DNA of 64,000 nt from a bacterium. GTDB lineage: Bacteria; Electryoneota; Electryoneia; Electryoneales; Electryoneaceae. The stretch spans positions 1,376,001-1,440,000 of the forward strand of contig CAXXKJ010000002.1 of the NCBI GenBank assembly GCA_963675295.2. Direction: 5' to 3'. The position numbers and the translations under genes are program-made. Shown one piece after another: positions 17,234-28,177 of the stretch. Positions within the stretch are counted from its first letter, which is position 1, and each line of letters begins with the position of its first letter. The notes beneath the pieces were generated by a model. That model saw nothing but the letters and a program-made list of their open reading frames with translations, ran no database searches and had not been told where the DNA came from.

Positions 17234-17791
17234 TTACAGCTTGACGTCCTTCAGCAACGGGTTGATCATTTCCATCCACTGGGCCTTGTCACGGTAGCCG
17301 ACGATGGTGTGGGCCACGTTGCCGTTCGCATCGATGATGACCGAATACGGGATGCCGCCGCGTTCGCTGGGGTTGATCAATTCCTGGTACTGGCTGAAGA
17401 GTGCGCCGTCCTCGCCCATGGCGATCGGGTAGTTCACCGGGTTCTGGGCGAGCCAGTCGTTGACCACGCCGACGCCCTTGCGATCGAGGGAGATACCGAC
17501 AATGCGGAAGCCTTCAGCCTTGTGCTCGTCATACATCTCGACGAAGTGCGGGATTTCGAGACGGCATGGCGGGCACCAGGTCGCCCAGAAATTCACGAGG
17601 ACGACTTTGCCCTTGTTGTCGTCGAGGCTGAATGTGCCACCGTCAATGGTGGACACGGTGAAGCCGGGCTGTTCTTGAGCCGCCTGGGCTTCCGGAACCA
17701 TGGTGTTCTCGGCAGCATTCGGGCCAAACAGGAAATATGCAGCTACGGCAAACAGTGCAATTGCACCGATCAACATCGAAATACGCTTCAT
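17234..17791 (-). CDS. TlpA/ResA-like exported thiol:disulfide oxidoreductase
   Basis: N-terminal anchor, VNFWATWCPPC, GIP cis-Pro loop. Confidence 0.92.
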   Translation of the reverse strand: MKRISMLIGAIALFAVAAYFLFGPNAAENTMVPEAQAAQEQPGFTVSTIDGGTFSLDDNKGKVVLVNFWATWCPPCRLEIPHFVEMYDEHKAEGFRIVGISLDRKGVGVVNDWLAQNPVNYPIAMGEDGALFSQYQELINPSERGGIPYSVIIDANGNVAHTIVGYRDKAQWMEMINPLLKDVKL

Positions 17792-17795
17792 GACG

Positions 17796-18116
17796 CTATC
17801 CGTTCAGTAAGTTGTCGATCTTCTCGGCAAGCTTGTCTTTGGGCAGCAGGCCGTTCACCTGTTCCCGTACCTCGCCGCCCTTGAAAAACAGGACTCGCGG
17901 CACCGACAGAACCTTGTACCGTTGCGCCACTCCCGGCGCTTCGCCAACATCCACCTTGCGAACCTTGACCTTGCCTTCGTACTCGACGGCAAGCTGTTCC
18001 ATGATCGGGTCAAGCTTCTTGCACGGCCCGCACCATGTCGCGCCAAAGTCAACTACCACGGGTTCACCAGACTGCAGAACGTCAGATTCCCAGTTGGCGT
18101 CGGTCACTTTTTCCAT
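17796..18116 (-). CDS. trxA: Thioredoxin
   Basis: VVVDFGATWCGPCK, 106 aa. Confidence 0.95.
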   Translation of the reverse strand: MEKVTDANWESDVLQSGEPVVVDFGATWCGPCKKLDPIMEQLAVEYEGKVKVRKVDVGEAPGVAQRYKVLSVPRVLFFKGGEVREQVNGLLPKDKLAEKIDNLLNG

Positions 18117-18182
18117 CGGTTCCCTCGTCGCTTAATGAGATGCACTCGTATCGAGATGGTTTTTGGTTCTCTGGAGTCGCGG

Positions 18183-20057
18183 TTACGCACCCTTGTGCGT
18201 GTCCAGCCACTCGACGACTTCTTCCGGTTCCATGAAGGTGTTGAACCGGGCACGTTCGGTGCCGTCCGGCCCAACGATCATCACCGTTGGCAGTCCGCCG
18301 ATGTTGTGCTTTTTACGCAACGCTTCCAGCTCATCGGTGGATTTGGTGTAATCCAGTTTCAGCGGGATGTAGTCCTGTGTCGCGTCGATGACAATGTCCT
18401 GATTCCAGACGTTGTGATCAAGCTCGACGCACACGCCACACCAGTCGGCGTAGAAGTCGATCAGCACCGGCTTGCCTTCGTCGGCCGCCATCTGGAATAC
18501 GTCGTCGTAGGCGTTCACGTTCCACGGCACGTGGTTCTCGTCCACCTGCATGGTACCCGCTGCGGCAGTTGAAGCTGCGACACCGCCGCTGAGGTTGACA
18601 TCGTTCAACTCTGCGAGCCCGAGGATGACGTAGAAGATCCCGGCGGCGACGGCGACATAGCCCAGCCCCTTGCCGAGCTTGCCGATGCCCACCAGTTCAG
18701 ACCACTTGTTCGCGGCGCCGATGTAAAGTCCGAGCAGCACGAAGGCGATGCCGGTCACCAGGTGGAAGATGGTCGGGCTCAGCAGCAGGTTGAGGTAGTA
18801 GAGGGCGACACCAAAGATGATGATGCCGAGGCCCTTCTTGATCTTGTCCATCCAGCCGCCGGCCTGCGGCAGGGCGGTCATCGCGGCGGTCGAGGTGCCG
18901 AGCACGATGAAGAGGACGCCCAATCCGAGCGCCAGGGTCGCCATGTAAAGGAAGCCGAGAACGACGTTCCCCGTATTGCCAATCCAGCTGAGCAGCACCA
19001 ACAGCGGCGGACCCGCGCACGGCGCAGCGACGATGCCGGTGACACCACCGATGAACATCGCGCCGATCAGGCCAGAACGTTCCCCGCCCATCATCTTGTC
19101 CTGGATCGCGGAGGGGACGGTGATGTCAAATGCGCCGAGCATCGATGCGCCGAGCGCGACGAAGACGGCGACGATGAACCACAGTACGATCGGGTTCTGC
19201 ATGAACGCGCCGAACAGCGCGCCGGTCAACCCTGCGATCACGCCGAGGGTTGCGTAGACAATCGCCAAGCCGAGCACGAAGAATACGCTGAGGATGAAGC
19301 CCTTCATCCGGCTCCCGCCAGCAGATCCGCCAACGAAGCCGATGATGATCGGGATCATCGGGTAAACACAGGGTGTCAGGCTGATCAGGAACCCGGCGGC
19401 AAAGACCAGCAGGAACGCGATCAGGTTGCCGTTCTCGAGCGCGGCGGTAAGCCGGTTCTCGAGCGACCCATCGGACTCGGTCGTCATCGCAGCAGGTTCT
19501 TCAACCTCGACGACTTCGACGAAGGCTGGATGGCTGCTCGGAATGCCAGACGCGCCTTCCTCGAGCACGGTCAGATTGATCGTGCCCTCGCCGCCATTAG
19601 GCAGGAAGCACTTCTCCGGCGGCTGCTCACGGCAGATCTGGTAGCCGTACCAGTAGGGAATTTCGTAGTCACCGGGGGCGACGGATGGGTCTACGTTAAT
19701 CGTGAACAGTACCGTCACCGTACCACGGTACACCTCTTCGCCGGCTTCCATCTCGCCGTGCGGCCAGGTGGTGTCGGCGAGGGTGAAGCCGTCCGGCAGG
19801 GTCGGTTCCCAATACAGCAGGCCGTAGCTCTTGTCGGTGATGTGGTGGTCGTTCGGAACGTCGAGGACATACGCGGCCTTGACCGCGTCACCGGCGGCGA
19901 CACCGGAAGATGAGAACACGACCTCATACGGGACTGGTGGTTCGACGACATCGTCCTGTGCATGTACGGTAAATGCGGTAGCGAGCAACAGGGTGGCCAG
20001 CAACAACAGGGCCGCTGAAGACCGGATCATCGTGTCAAATCCCCCAAATCGAATCAT
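18183..20057 (-). CDS. dsbD: Thiol:disulfide interchange protein DsbD
   Basis: N-domain Cys pair, TM domain LTPCVYPMIP and APCAGP, C-terminal FYADWCGVC; start 20057 or 20030. Confidence 0.92.
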   Translation of the reverse strand: MIRFGGFDTMIRSSAALLLLATLLLATAFTVHAQDDVVEPPVPYEVVFSSSGVAAGDAVKAAYVLDVPNDHHITDKSYGLLYWEPTLPDGFTLADTTWPHGEMEAGEEVYRGTVTVLFTINVDPSVAPGDYEIPYWYGYQICREQPPEKCFLPNGGEGTINLTVLEEGASGIPSSHPAFVEVVEVEEPAAMTTESDGSLENRLTAALENGNLIAFLLVFAAGFLISLTPCVYPMIPIIIGFVGGSAGGSRMKGFILSVFFVLGLAIVYATLGVIAGLTGALFGAFMQNPIVLWFIVAVFVALGASMLGAFDITVPSAIQDKMMGGERSGLIGAMFIGGVTGIVAAPCAGPPLLVLLSWIGNTGNVVLGFLYMATLALGLGVLFIVLGTSTAAMTALPQAGGWMDKIKKGLGIIIFGVALYYLNLLLSPTIFHLVTGIAFVLLGLYIGAANKWSELVGIGKLGKGLGYVAVAAGIFYVILGLAELNDVNLSGGVAASTAAAGTMQVDENHVPWNVNAYDDVFQMAADEGKPVLIDFYADWCGVCVELDHNVWNQDIVIDATQDYIPLKLDYTKSTDELEALRKKHNIGGLPTVMIVGPDGTERARFNTFMEPEEVVEWLDTHKGA

Positions 20058-20213
20058 GGCTGACTCCCTCGCTGCTGCCGGTGAAGCTATGTGTTGTCTG
20101 TCAGGCAGACAATGTAATCTGTGGTGTCCGTGCATGAGAATTCCGGCTCCGGTTCCCTGGTCATTGTTCGAATGGTAGAATTAGGATGCACTTGGCTGAA
20201 AGATGATACTGGC

Positions 20214-20801
20214 TCATTGCTCAAGGGGCACGAGGAAGCAGTCGGTGAAGCCCCGGCCCTGAACCACCTGTTTCGCGAACTCAGCGGCGTCACGTGATTC
20301 GAACGGTCCCAGTTGCACGCGATACAGCCCGTCCCCGGGTACGATGCTGACATCGTAGCCGGTTTTATCCCGTGCCCGTTCAGCAGCGCGATCGGCATCC
20401 TCGGGATTGCTGAGGCTGAAGATCTGGATGGCGTACGGTTGCGGGGCGACGACGGGTGGTTCCGGTACGTCGCTGATGCGTTCCGGTCCCAATTCGACGA
20501 TGAACGCGTCGGGGAATCCGTTCCCGTGCAGTTCATCCATATACGGTTGAAGGTCGTCCCGGGTTTCCCCGTCTCCGGCCCAGATCCGGTAGAGTCCGTC
20601 CCGCCAGTGGATGCCGACCGGTTCGAGGCCGCGTTGTTCGAGCTGAGTTTCGGTTTGCAGAGCGAGGGATTCGTCGCTGACGGCAGCAACCTGAACGTGG
20701 AACAGACCGGCGAGCGCGGGCACTGTCACCACACACAGTGCAGCGAGGCCGGCGGAAACGGCTGGTATCAGCTTGCTTTTACGGAGATTGCTGGATCGCA
20801 T
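20214..20801 (-). CDS. Exported protein with two SPOR domains
   Basis: Signal peptide; FHVQVAA..GLYRIWAG..GFPDAFIV and YAIQIFS..GLYRVQLGPF..GFTDCF. Confidence 0.8.
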   Translation of the reverse strand: MRSSNLRKSKLIPAVSAGLAALCVVTVPALAGLFHVQVAAVSDESLALQTETQLEQRGLEPVGIHWRDGLYRIWAGDGETRDDLQPYMDELHGNGFPDAFIVELGPERISDVPEPPVVAPQPYAIQIFSLSNPEDADRAAERARDKTGYDVSIVPGDGLYRVQLGPFESRDAAEFAKQVVQGRGFTDCFLVPLEQ

Positions 20802-21031
20802 CAGCGGGAATCCTGTCTCACGATCACGAAGCCTGAAATATGGAGGACAGGATGCGATCAGGCAAACGTGTCGTTTGAATATTGTGGCAATCTCGCGCTC
20901 GTGGGCATGGTTTCGCTCTCCCGGCTCACTGTATATTCCGCATCCCGGTTTTCGCATCGGCAAAACGGTACATTGGCCGGACGAAGCTGGGAAATGAACT
21001 CAGGTAGCAGCCCAAGGCAGGGGAGGCGGAG

Positions 21032-22150
21032 ATGATCATCGGCATTCCGCGTGAGCGGTTTATCGACGAAACACGTGTCGCGGTATCACCGGCGGCGGCT
21101 CGTTCGCTGGTCGAGGCCGGGTCGACGGTGTACATCGAAACGAACGCCGGTGAAGCGGCGGGTTGGCGTGATTCCGAGTACGAGAACGCCGGCGCGACGA
21201 TTGTCTACAGCGAAGAGGAAGCGCTCGGTCGTGCGGATCTGGTGATCAAGGTGCTTCGCCCCAATCCGCAGGAAGCGGAGATGATCCGTGAAGGGGCTGC
21301 GCTGGTCAGTTACCTGCAGCTTCCGCAAGCCCCGCGCGAGGTGTTCATCTCGCTGTATGAACGTGAGATCACCGCGATCGCGCTGGAGAACATCTGGTAC
21401 GAGGGCGGCGGCCATCCGGTTCGCCGGGCGATGAGCGAAATCGCCGGCCAGTTGGCGGTACATGCGGGCTCGGAACACCTCCGCGCCGACCGTGGTGGAC
21501 GCGGCATTCTGCTTGGCGGGTTGCCGGGCGTGCCGAGTGCCAGCGTCGGGATCCTCGGCGCCGGTGTGGTTGGCCAGGCTGCAGCTGCAGCGGCGTTGAA
21601 CCGCGGCGCGCACGTGATCCTCGTCGACCAGAAAATCGCGCCGCTGCGTGATGCGATGAAAACTTACGGCAACCGGCTGCAGACCGGTATCGTCAACGAG
21701 CACAACATCGAAAAGCTGTGCAGTTTCGTCGATGTGCTGATCGGCGCGATTTTGATCGAGGATCATCCGACGCCGCACATTCTGATGCGAGATCAGGTCC
21801 GTGCGATGAAGCGTGGCAGTGTGTTGGTGGATGTGGCGATTGACCAGGGCGGTACGGCGGAAACCAGCCGTCCGACGTCCATCTCCGACCCAACCTATAT
21901 AGAGGAAGAGGTGGTGCATTACTGCGTGCCGAACATGCCAGCGCTGGTACCGCGCACCGCGACGCGTGCGTTCCAGAACCAGGTGCTGCCGTTTGTTCGT
22001 GAGATCATGCGGGCGGGAGTGAAGGAAACGCTGCGTTCGCATCCGTATTTGCGGACCGGTCTGGCGTTGTACGATGGGAAAGTTGTCCGTGACTTGATCG
22101 CGGAGACATTTGGTGTCGAGTCTCATGCGATCGACGAGGTGTTGGGATGA
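21032..22150 (+). CDS. ald: Alanine dehydrogenase-like protein
   Basis: ETRVA, MSEIAG, GRGILLGGLPGV, GAGVVG, DVAIDQGG, HYCVPNMP; some catalytic positions differ. Confidence 0.8.
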   Translation: MIIGIPRERFIDETRVAVSPAAARSLVEAGSTVYIETNAGEAAGWRDSEYENAGATIVYSEEEALGRADLVIKVLRPNPQEAEMIREGAALVSYLQLPQAPREVFISLYEREITAIALENIWYEGGGHPVRRAMSEIAGQLAVHAGSEHLRADRGGRGILLGGLPGVPSASVGILGAGVVGQAAAAAALNRGAHVILVDQKIAPLRDAMKTYGNRLQTGIVNEHNIEKLCSFVDVLIGAILIEDHPTPHILMRDQVRAMKRGSVLVDVAIDQGGTAETSRPTSISDPTYIEEEVVHYCVPNMPALVPRTATRAFQNQVLPFVREIMRAGVKETLRSHPYLRTGLALYDGKVVRDLIAETFGVESHAIDEVLG

Positions 22151-23460
22151 GATGGAATGAAAAGTACCAGTCGCGGCGGATGTCCGCGGACGAAGCGGTC
22201 AAGGTGATCAAGAGCGGCGACCGGGTGTTTGTGCAACCTGGCTGTGCGGTTCCGACGGCGTTGACCACCGCGATGGTCGGCCGCGCGGATCAGCTCGAGA
22301 ATGTGGAGGTGATGCACATTCTGACGATGGGCGACGCTCCGTACCTCGATCCGAAATACGAGGGGACGTTCCGGCATCGCGCGCTGTTCATCGGCCACAA
22401 CGCCCGCAACGCGGTTGCGGAGGGCCGTGCGGATGCGATGGGCATTTTCCTCGGCGAGGTGCCGGGGTTGTTCATTGACGGGACGCTTCCGATTGACGTT
22501 TGCCTGATCCACGTTTCCCCGCCTGACGATCACGGCTTCTGCTCGTTTGGCGTTGACGTTGGGGTGACCAAAGCAGCGGCAGACTCGGCGAAATATGTGA
22601 TCGCGCAGGTCAACCGGCTGATGCCACGCGCGCTGGGCGACAGCTTCATCCATGTGAACAAGATCGACGCGTTTGTCCCGTACGATTACGCCCTGTTCGA
22701 GATGGCGCAGTTCGTGCCGGACTTCAGCGACGAGAAGAACCTGGTGCCGTTGAAGATCGGCGAAAACATCGTGGATCTCATCAACGATGGCGACACGTTG
22801 CAGATGGGCATCGGCACGATTCCGGACGCGGTGCTGTATCACCTGCGTGAGAAACGGGATCTCGGGGTGCACACTGAGATGTTCAGTGACGGGGTGGTGG
22901 ACCTGGTCGAAGAAGGGATCATCACCAACGACAAGAAGACAATCAACCGTGGCAAGATGGTCGCGGGCTTTGTCCTTGGGACACGGAAGACATTTGATTT
23001 CATTGACAACAACCCGATTGTCGAATTCCGTCCGACGGAATACGTGAACGACATCAGCGTGATCGCGCAGCATGACAACATGGTCGCGATCAACAGTGCG
23101 ATCGAGGTGGACATCACCGGGCAGGTGTGTGCGGACAGCATCGGGCCGCGACTGTACTCCGGGTTTGGCGGCCAGGTGGATTTCATTCGCGGATCAGCGC
23201 GCTCCAAGGGCGGCAAGCCGATTATCGCGTTGCCGAGCACGGCGAAGGGCGATACGCTGAGCCGGATTGTGCCGCAGCTGAAGCCGGGTGCGGGTGTGGT
23301 GACGACGCGCGCGGACGTGCACTGGGTGGTGACGGAGCACGGCGCGGTAAACCTGCACGGGAAGTCGTATCGCGAGCGGGCAAAGGCGTTGATCGGGATC
23401 TCCCATCCGAACTTCCGGGACGAGCTCGAGGCGTACGCGAAGGAGCAGAAGTTGATCTAG
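22147..23460 (+). CDS. Acetyl-CoA hydrolase/transferase family (4-hydroxybutyrate CoA-transferase-like)
   Basis: LQMGIG.IP, GVHTEMFSDG, SGFGGQVDF, VVTEHG. Confidence 0.92.
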   Translation: MRWNEKYQSRRMSADEAVKVIKSGDRVFVQPGCAVPTALTTAMVGRADQLENVEVMHILTMGDAPYLDPKYEGTFRHRALFIGHNARNAVAEGRADAMGIFLGEVPGLFIDGTLPIDVCLIHVSPPDDHGFCSFGVDVGVTKAAADSAKYVIAQVNRLMPRALGDSFIHVNKIDAFVPYDYALFEMAQFVPDFSDEKNLVPLKIGENIVDLINDGDTLQMGIGTIPDAVLYHLREKRDLGVHTEMFSDGVVDLVEEGIITNDKKTINRGKMVAGFVLGTRKTFDFIDNNPIVEFRPTEYVNDISVIAQHDNMVAINSAIEVDITGQVCADSIGPRLYSGFGGQVDFIRGSARSKGGKPIIALPSTAKGDTLSRIVPQLKPGAGVVTTRADVHWVVTEHGAVNLHGKSYRERAKALIGISHPNFRDELEAYAKEQKLI

Positions 23461-23502
23461 AGCCAGGGGGAGGAGGGCTTGGAGACGGGCACCGATCCCC
23501 TC

Positions 23503-23530
23503 TTGACTCCGAAAAGCAGGGAGCTATATT
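23503..23530 (+). promoter_or_regulatory. Sigma70 promoter of the tRNA-tuf operon
   Basis: TTGACT-N16-TATATT followed by a GC-rich discriminator-like stretch. Confidence 0.65.
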
Positions 23531-23676
23531 TAGGGCTGCGGCGCACGGCGGATATTTTCGTGCCAAACGCCGCATTTTTGTGCGGGTCAACCGTGAAGCG
23601 TCGACTCGGTTTCCAGCTCGGGTGAAAGCGTACCCGGGAATGGATACAGGCTCGGAGGTGTCAGGCCAGCTGGAAT

Positions 23677-23749
23677 GCCGGTGTAGCTCAGTTGGTAGAG
23701 CACTGGATTTGTAATCCAGCGGTCATCGGTTCGAGTCCGATCGCCGGCT
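23677..23749 (+). tRNA. tRNA-Thr(TGT)
   Basis: Cloverleaf, anticodon arm CTGGA-TT TGT AA-TCCAG, GGTTCGAGTCC; CCA not encoded. Confidence 0.95.
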
Positions 23750-23955
23750 CAATGCTTTGCGCAACAAGCCAGGTACCCAAGGTGGCATGCGACACGGAGC
23801 AGGGAGGCTCCCGCCCCAGCACAGGCGGAGGGCCAAAACACCTGGATCGTGAGCGGAGGTCACCGTTTCTGTGTTGTTAAGGCAGGATTGAACGCGATCT
23901 TTACACAAGCTGAACGTTTTTCGCCCGGCGAGGATGTCGGGTTGAAGTGATAGTC

Positions 23956-24038
23956 GGGGGGATGCCCGAGCGGCCAAAGGGAGCAGACTGTAAATCTGCC
24001 GGCGTACGCCTTCGAAGGTTCGAATCCTTCTCCCCCCA
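23956..24038 (+). tRNA. tRNA-Tyr(GTA)
   Basis: GGGGGGA/TCCCCCC acceptor stem, GCAGA-CT GTA AA-TCTGC, long variable arm. Confidence 0.95.
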
Positions 24039-24122
24039 CAGAGTGGATGCAGGCCCGCCCGGAATGCCGGGATGCAGTGATGCCCGCAGAGCATGGGCCC
24101 GAGCAGGGTGGTCCGAAGACAA

Positions 24123-24195
24123 GCGGGAGTAGCTCATCTGGTAGAGCACCAGCCTTCCAAGCTGGATGTGGCGGGTTCGAGTCCCGTCTCCCGCT
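24123..24195 (+). tRNA. tRNA-Gly(TCC)
   Basis: GCGGGAG/CTCCCGC, CCAGC-CT TCC AA-GCTGG. Confidence 0.95.
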
Positions 24196-24204
24196 CACAG
24201 GGGT

Positions 24205-24275
24205 GTGTGAGACGACGTGAGTTCTGTTGTGAGTGTTTGCAGTTACTCATGGCTCATAACTCACAGCTCATAACT
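24205..24275. repeat. Inverted heptamer-repeat array between tRNA-Gly and tRNA-Thr
   Basis: GTGAG-containing units followed by CTCATGG CTCATAA CTCACAG CTCATAA. Confidence 0.7.
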
Positions 24276-24283
24276 GATTTTCA

Positions 24284-24356
<73 letters not shown>

Positions 24357-24419
24357 CTGTTAGCGATCCAGATGAGAGAGCAGAAATAGTCAGGCACCAA
24401 GACCGCCGGAGGACGCAGG

Positions 24420-25610
24420 ATGGCGAAGGAAGTATTTGAGCGGACGAAGCCCCACGTAAACGTGGGAACGATTGGTCACGTGGACCATGGCAAGACGACG
24501 TTGACGGCCGCGATGACGTTGGTGTTGTCGAAGGCGGGCGGTGCGGAATTCCGTTCGTTCGATTCGATTGACAACGCTCCTGAAGAGCGTGAGCGTGGTA
24601 TCACGATTGCGACGGCTCACGTCGAATATGAGTCGGAGAACCGTCACTACGCGCACGTAGACTGTCCGGGTCACGCGGACTACGTGAAGAACATGATCAC
24701 GGGTGCTGCGCAGATGGACGGTGCGATTGTGGTTGTGAGTGCAGCGGACGGTCCGATGCCGCAGACTCGTGAGCACATTCTGTTGGCCCGTCAGGTGAAC
24801 GTGCCGGCGTTGGTGGTTTACATGAACAAGGTCGACCTGGTTGACGACGAAGAGTTGTTGGACCTGGTCGAGCTTGAGATGCGTGAACTGCTTTCCGAGT
24901 ACGAATTCCCGGGCGACGACATTCCGATCATCCGTGGCAGTGCATTGGAAGCGTTGAACAATCCTGATGACGAGAAGGCGACGACGTCGATCTTCGAGTT
25001 GATCAAGGCGATTGACGAGTACATCCCGGAGCCGGAGCGTGCGACGGATCAGCCGTTCCTGATGCCGGTTGAGGACGTGTTCTCGATTACGGGTCGTGGT
25101 ACGGTAGCGACGGGCCGTATTGAGCGTGGCATTGTGAAGACCGGTGAAGAGGTTGAGTTGGTCGGTCTTGGTGCGGCTCGGAAGACGGTCGTGACGGGTG
25201 TTGAGATGTTCCGCAAGATCCTGAACGAGGGTCAGGCGGGTGACAACGCGGGTCTGTTGCTTCGTGGTGTTGACAAGGATGAGATCGAGCGCGGTATGGT
25301 GTTGGCGAAGCCGGGTTCGATTACTCCGCACACGAAGTTCGAGGCTGAGGTTTACATCCTGAGCAAGAACGAAGGTGGTCGTCACACGCCGTTCTTCGAT
25401 GGGTATCGTCCTCAGTTCTACTTCCGTACGACGGACGTGACTGGCGCGATCAAGTTGCCTGACGGTGTCGAGATGGTGATGCCTGGTGACAACATCAAGA
25501 TGGTTGTCGAGCTGATCGCCCCGATCGCGATGGAAGAGACGCTTCGTTTCGCGATCCGTGAGGGTGGCCGTACCGTCGGCGCCGGTGTTGTCGCGAAGAT
25601 TATCGAGTAG
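24420..25610 (+). CDS. tuf: Elongation factor Tu (tRNA-linked copy)
   Basis: [28 protein letters not shown]. Confidence 0.99.
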   Translation: MAKEVFERTKPHVNVGTIGHVDHGKTTLTAAMTLVLSKAGGAEFRSFDSIDNAPEERERGITIATAHVEYESENRHYAHVDCPGHADYVKNMITGAAQMDGAIVVVSAADGPMPQTREHILLARQVNVPALVVYMNKVDLVDDEELLDLVELEMRELLSEYEFPGDDIPIIRGSALEALNNPDDEKATTSIFELIKAIDEYIPEPERATDQPFLMPVEDVFSITGRGTVATGRIERGIVKTGEEVELVGLGAARKTVVTGVEMFRKILNEGQAGDNAGLLLRGVDKDEIERGMVLAKPGSITPHTKFEAEVYILSKNEGGRHTPFFDGYRPQFYFRTTDVTGAIKLPDGVEMVMPGDNIKMVVELIAPIAMEETLRFAIREGGRTVGAGVVAKIIE

Positions 25611-25784
25611 TCTGGCGCAACCGGCGGTGGAATTGCCGGAGCGTTAAGCATAGATGTATTCGCGGGCGGCCGTGAATTCACAAGGTCGCCCGCGGAGCTT
25701 GATTCGAGCGGGTTGGCAGAAGATCGCAACCCGCAGCTTTGCCTAGGCGGGGCAACGGTTCAGGCGCGATGGGGAACAGGTTCG

Positions 25785-25934
25785 ATGCGTGTTAAGGTGG
25801 TCGTGGAGTGTGAGGAGTGCCATTCCCGGAATTACACGCTGTCGAAGAACAAGCAGGAACACCCGGACCGTCTGGTCGTAAAGAAGTACTGCCCTCGGTG
25901 CAACAAGCACACGATGCACCGGGAAAGCCGCTGA
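25785..25934 (+). CDS. rpmG: 50S ribosomal protein L33 (Zn-ribbon type)
   Basis: [25 protein letters not shown]; ATG 25785. Confidence 0.95.
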   Translation: MRVKVVVECEECHSRNYTLSKNKQEHPDRLVVKKYCPRCNKHTMHRESR

Positions 25935-25947
25935 CAAGCGAGGGGTG

Positions 25948-26001
25948 TTTGAGGTATGAGGTGTTGGGGTTGCTCATGACTCACAACTCACAGCTCAGAC
26001 C
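25948..26001. repeat. Inverted heptamer-repeat array before tRNA-Trp
   Basis: TGAGGTA TGAGGTG TTGGGGT then CTCATGA CTCACAA CTCACAG CTCAGAC. Confidence 0.7.
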
Positions 26002-26010
26002 TGTTGTTAA

Positions 26011-26083
26011 AGGACACTAGCTCAATTGGTAGAGCACCGGTCTCCAAAACCGGGGGTTGGGGGTTCGAGTCCCTCGTGTCCTG
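26011..26083 (+). tRNA. tRNA-Trp(CCA)
   Basis: AGGACAC/GTGTCCT, CCGGT-CT CCA AA-ACCGG. Confidence 0.95.
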
Positions 26084-26186
26084 CCTAGGGATGGTGATTC
26101 CCGGCTCGGTTAGACCGTGTCAACAATGGACCGCCGGACGTTTTGCAGGATGGCAGAATGGCCCGGTCTTCTCCCAGAGGTTGGAG

Positions 26187-26369
26187 ATGTTTAAGAAGGT
26201 TGCGGAATACATCCAGAATGTTCGTGCCGAGATGAGCAAGGTGACCTGGCCGACTCGCGGTGTGTTGCTTGAGTCGACGGGGATTACACTGATGCTGTCG
26301 GTCATGCTGGCGATTTTCATTTTTGCGGCTGACTTCATCATCTCGCGTGTTATTCAACTGATTATCTGA
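26187..26369 (+). CDS. secE: Preprotein translocase subunit SecE
   Basis: EMSKVTWP motif plus one TM; ATG 26187 after GGAG. Confidence 0.95.
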   Translation: MFKKVAEYIQNVRAEMSKVTWPTRGVLLESTGITLMLSVMLAIFIFAADFIISRVIQLII

Positions 26370-26382
26370 CGTCAGTTTGTCC

Positions 26383-26925
26383 ATGGAATGGTACGTCCTA
26401 CAAGTTTTCACCGGCCAGGAAAATCGCGTCAAGGAATACCTTGAGGCTGAGTTGGAGCGGCTGGAGGAATATCGGGAGCTGGTTGGCAATGTGCTGATCC
26501 CATCCGAAGAAGTTGTCGAGATGCGTGACGGCAAGAAGCGAACCAAGCGTCGCAACTTCTTCCCCGGCTATTTGCTGGTTGAGATGGAGTTGACGAAGCA
26601 CAGCAAGCACCTGGTACTGAACACCCCGGGCGTAATGGGGTTTATCGGTGGATCCGGGAGTGATCCCGAGCCGCTGCAGAAGGAAGAAGTGGACCGCATT
26701 CTCGGCCGTGTGGAAGAGAGGGCGGGTCAAACAACCGTTGAAATTCCGTTCCTCGTGGATGACGTGGTGAAAATCGCGGACGGTCCGTTCAAGGACTTCC
26801 AGGGGACGATTAAGGAAATCAACGCTGAAAAACGGAAGTTGAAGGTTCTCGTGTCGATTTTCGGTCGCGAGACCCCGGTGGAGGTCGATTTCCTCCAGGT
26901 AACGACGGATTTCAGCGAGTCCTGA
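26383..26925 (+). CDS. nusG: Transcription factor NusG
   Basis: [34 protein letters not shown]. Confidence 0.97.
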   Translation: MEWYVLQVFTGQENRVKEYLEAELERLEEYRELVGNVLIPSEEVVEMRDGKKRTKRRNFFPGYLLVEMELTKHSKHLVLNTPGVMGFIGGSGSDPEPLQKEEVDRILGRVEERAGQTTVEIPFLVDDVVKIADGPFKDFQGTIKEINAEKRKLKVLVSIFGRETPVEVDFLQVTTDFSES

Positions 26926-26935
26926 GGCACAAGTC

Positions 26936-27361
26936 ATGGCGAAGAAAGTCATCGGCATTGCGAAACTCGTGATTCCCGGCGGTCAGGCGTCTCCGGCGCC
27001 CCCTGTCGGTACGGCGCTCGGTCCGAAGGGCGTGAACATCATGGAGTTCGTCAAGGCGTTCAATGCGAAGACGGCGCAGGTTCCGGGTGAGTTGACACCG
27101 GTGGAGGTGACGGTCTACCAGGATCGTTCGTTCACCTTCATCATGAAGACCCCTCCGGCCAGCTATTTGATCAAGAAGGCGATCAAGCTGGACAAGGGCT
27201 CGGGCGAACCGAACCGCACCAAGGTCGGCACGATCAAGCTGGACCAGGTACGCGAGATCGCGGAGAAGAAGATGCCGGATCTGAACGCGCACACCGTTGA
27301 ACAGGCGATGCACATCATCGCCGGCACGGCCCGTTCGATGGGCGTTATTGTGGAGCAATAG
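26936..27361 (+). CDS. rplK: 50S ribosomal protein L11
   Basis: [23 protein letters not shown]. Confidence 0.98.
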   Translation: MAKKVIGIAKLVIPGGQASPAPPVGTALGPKGVNIMEFVKAFNAKTAQVPGELTPVEVTVYQDRSFTFIMKTPPASYLIKKAIKLDKGSGEPNRTKVGTIKLDQVREIAEKKMPDLNAHTVEQAMHIIAGTARSMGVIVEQ

Positions 27362-27362
27362 G

Positions 27363-28091
27363 ATGAAGCGCAGCCGACGCTGGAAGGAAGCGATGGCAGA
27401 TGTCGATCGCTTCCGCGAATACCAGCTCGACGAGGGCATCGAGCTCATCAAGAAATTCGCGACGAAGACGAAGTTCGACGAAACCGTCGAAGTGACCGTC
27501 AATCTCAACGTCGACCCGCGGAAGGCGGATCAGATGATCCGTGGAACGCTGACCTTGCCGCATGGTACGGGTAAGCAGGTGCGGGTACTGGTTCTGACCA
27601 AGGGTGAGAAGCAGGTTGAGGCGCGTGAGGCCGGTGCGGATCACGTCGGATTCGATGAGTTCATTGACAAGATTACGAACGAGAACTGGTTCGAGTTTGA
27701 CGTACTGATTGCCACGCCGGATGTGATGCGTGATGTCGGTAAGCTTGGGCGTGTTCTCGGTCCCCGTGGCCTGATGCCAAACCCGAAGACCGGTACGGTC
27801 ACTTTCGACGTCGGCCAGGCGGTGCAAGAGGTGAAGGCGGGTCGAATCGACTTCCGTGTTGACAAGTATGGTATTGTCCACATCGGAGTCGGCAAGGCGA
27901 GTTTTGAGCCGCAGAAGTTGGCGGACAATGTCCGTGAGGTAATCGGCACGTTGACTCGTATGCGTCCGGCGGCAGTCAAGGGCGTTTACATCAAGCGTGT
28001 AACGCTTTCCTCGACGATGAGTCCGGGGGTACGGCTTGACCGTGCTGATGCGGCTGGATCAGCTGCCCGAATGGTGGTGGCTGCCGTCTAA
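27363..28091 (+). CDS. rplA: 50S ribosomal protein L1
   Basis: [30 protein letters not shown]; ATG 27363. Confidence 0.98.
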   Translation: MKRSRRWKEAMADVDRFREYQLDEGIELIKKFATKTKFDETVEVTVNLNVDPRKADQMIRGTLTLPHGTGKQVRVLVLTKGEKQVEAREAGADHVGFDEFIDKITNENWFEFDVLIATPDVMRDVGKLGRVLGPRGLMPNPKTGTVTFDVGQAVQEVKAGRIDFRVDKYGIVHIGVGKASFEPQKLADNVREVIGTLTRMRPAAVKGVYIKRVTLSSTMSPGVRLDRADAAGSAARMVVAAV

Positions 28092-28177
28092 GCTTCGGAA
28101 TCGCGAGACCGATTCCTCAAATTGAGTATCCCATCCTCCTGAAGTTGGGGAGAGGCGAACCTTAGCAGGGAATACCG

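Noticed and set aside
17234-20057. dsbD-trxA-tlpA cluster as a novel system
   Set aside because: A coherent but well-known trans-membrane reductant relay
28092-28177. L10 leader RNA
   Set aside because: Expected position, but the consensus could not be recognised with confidence
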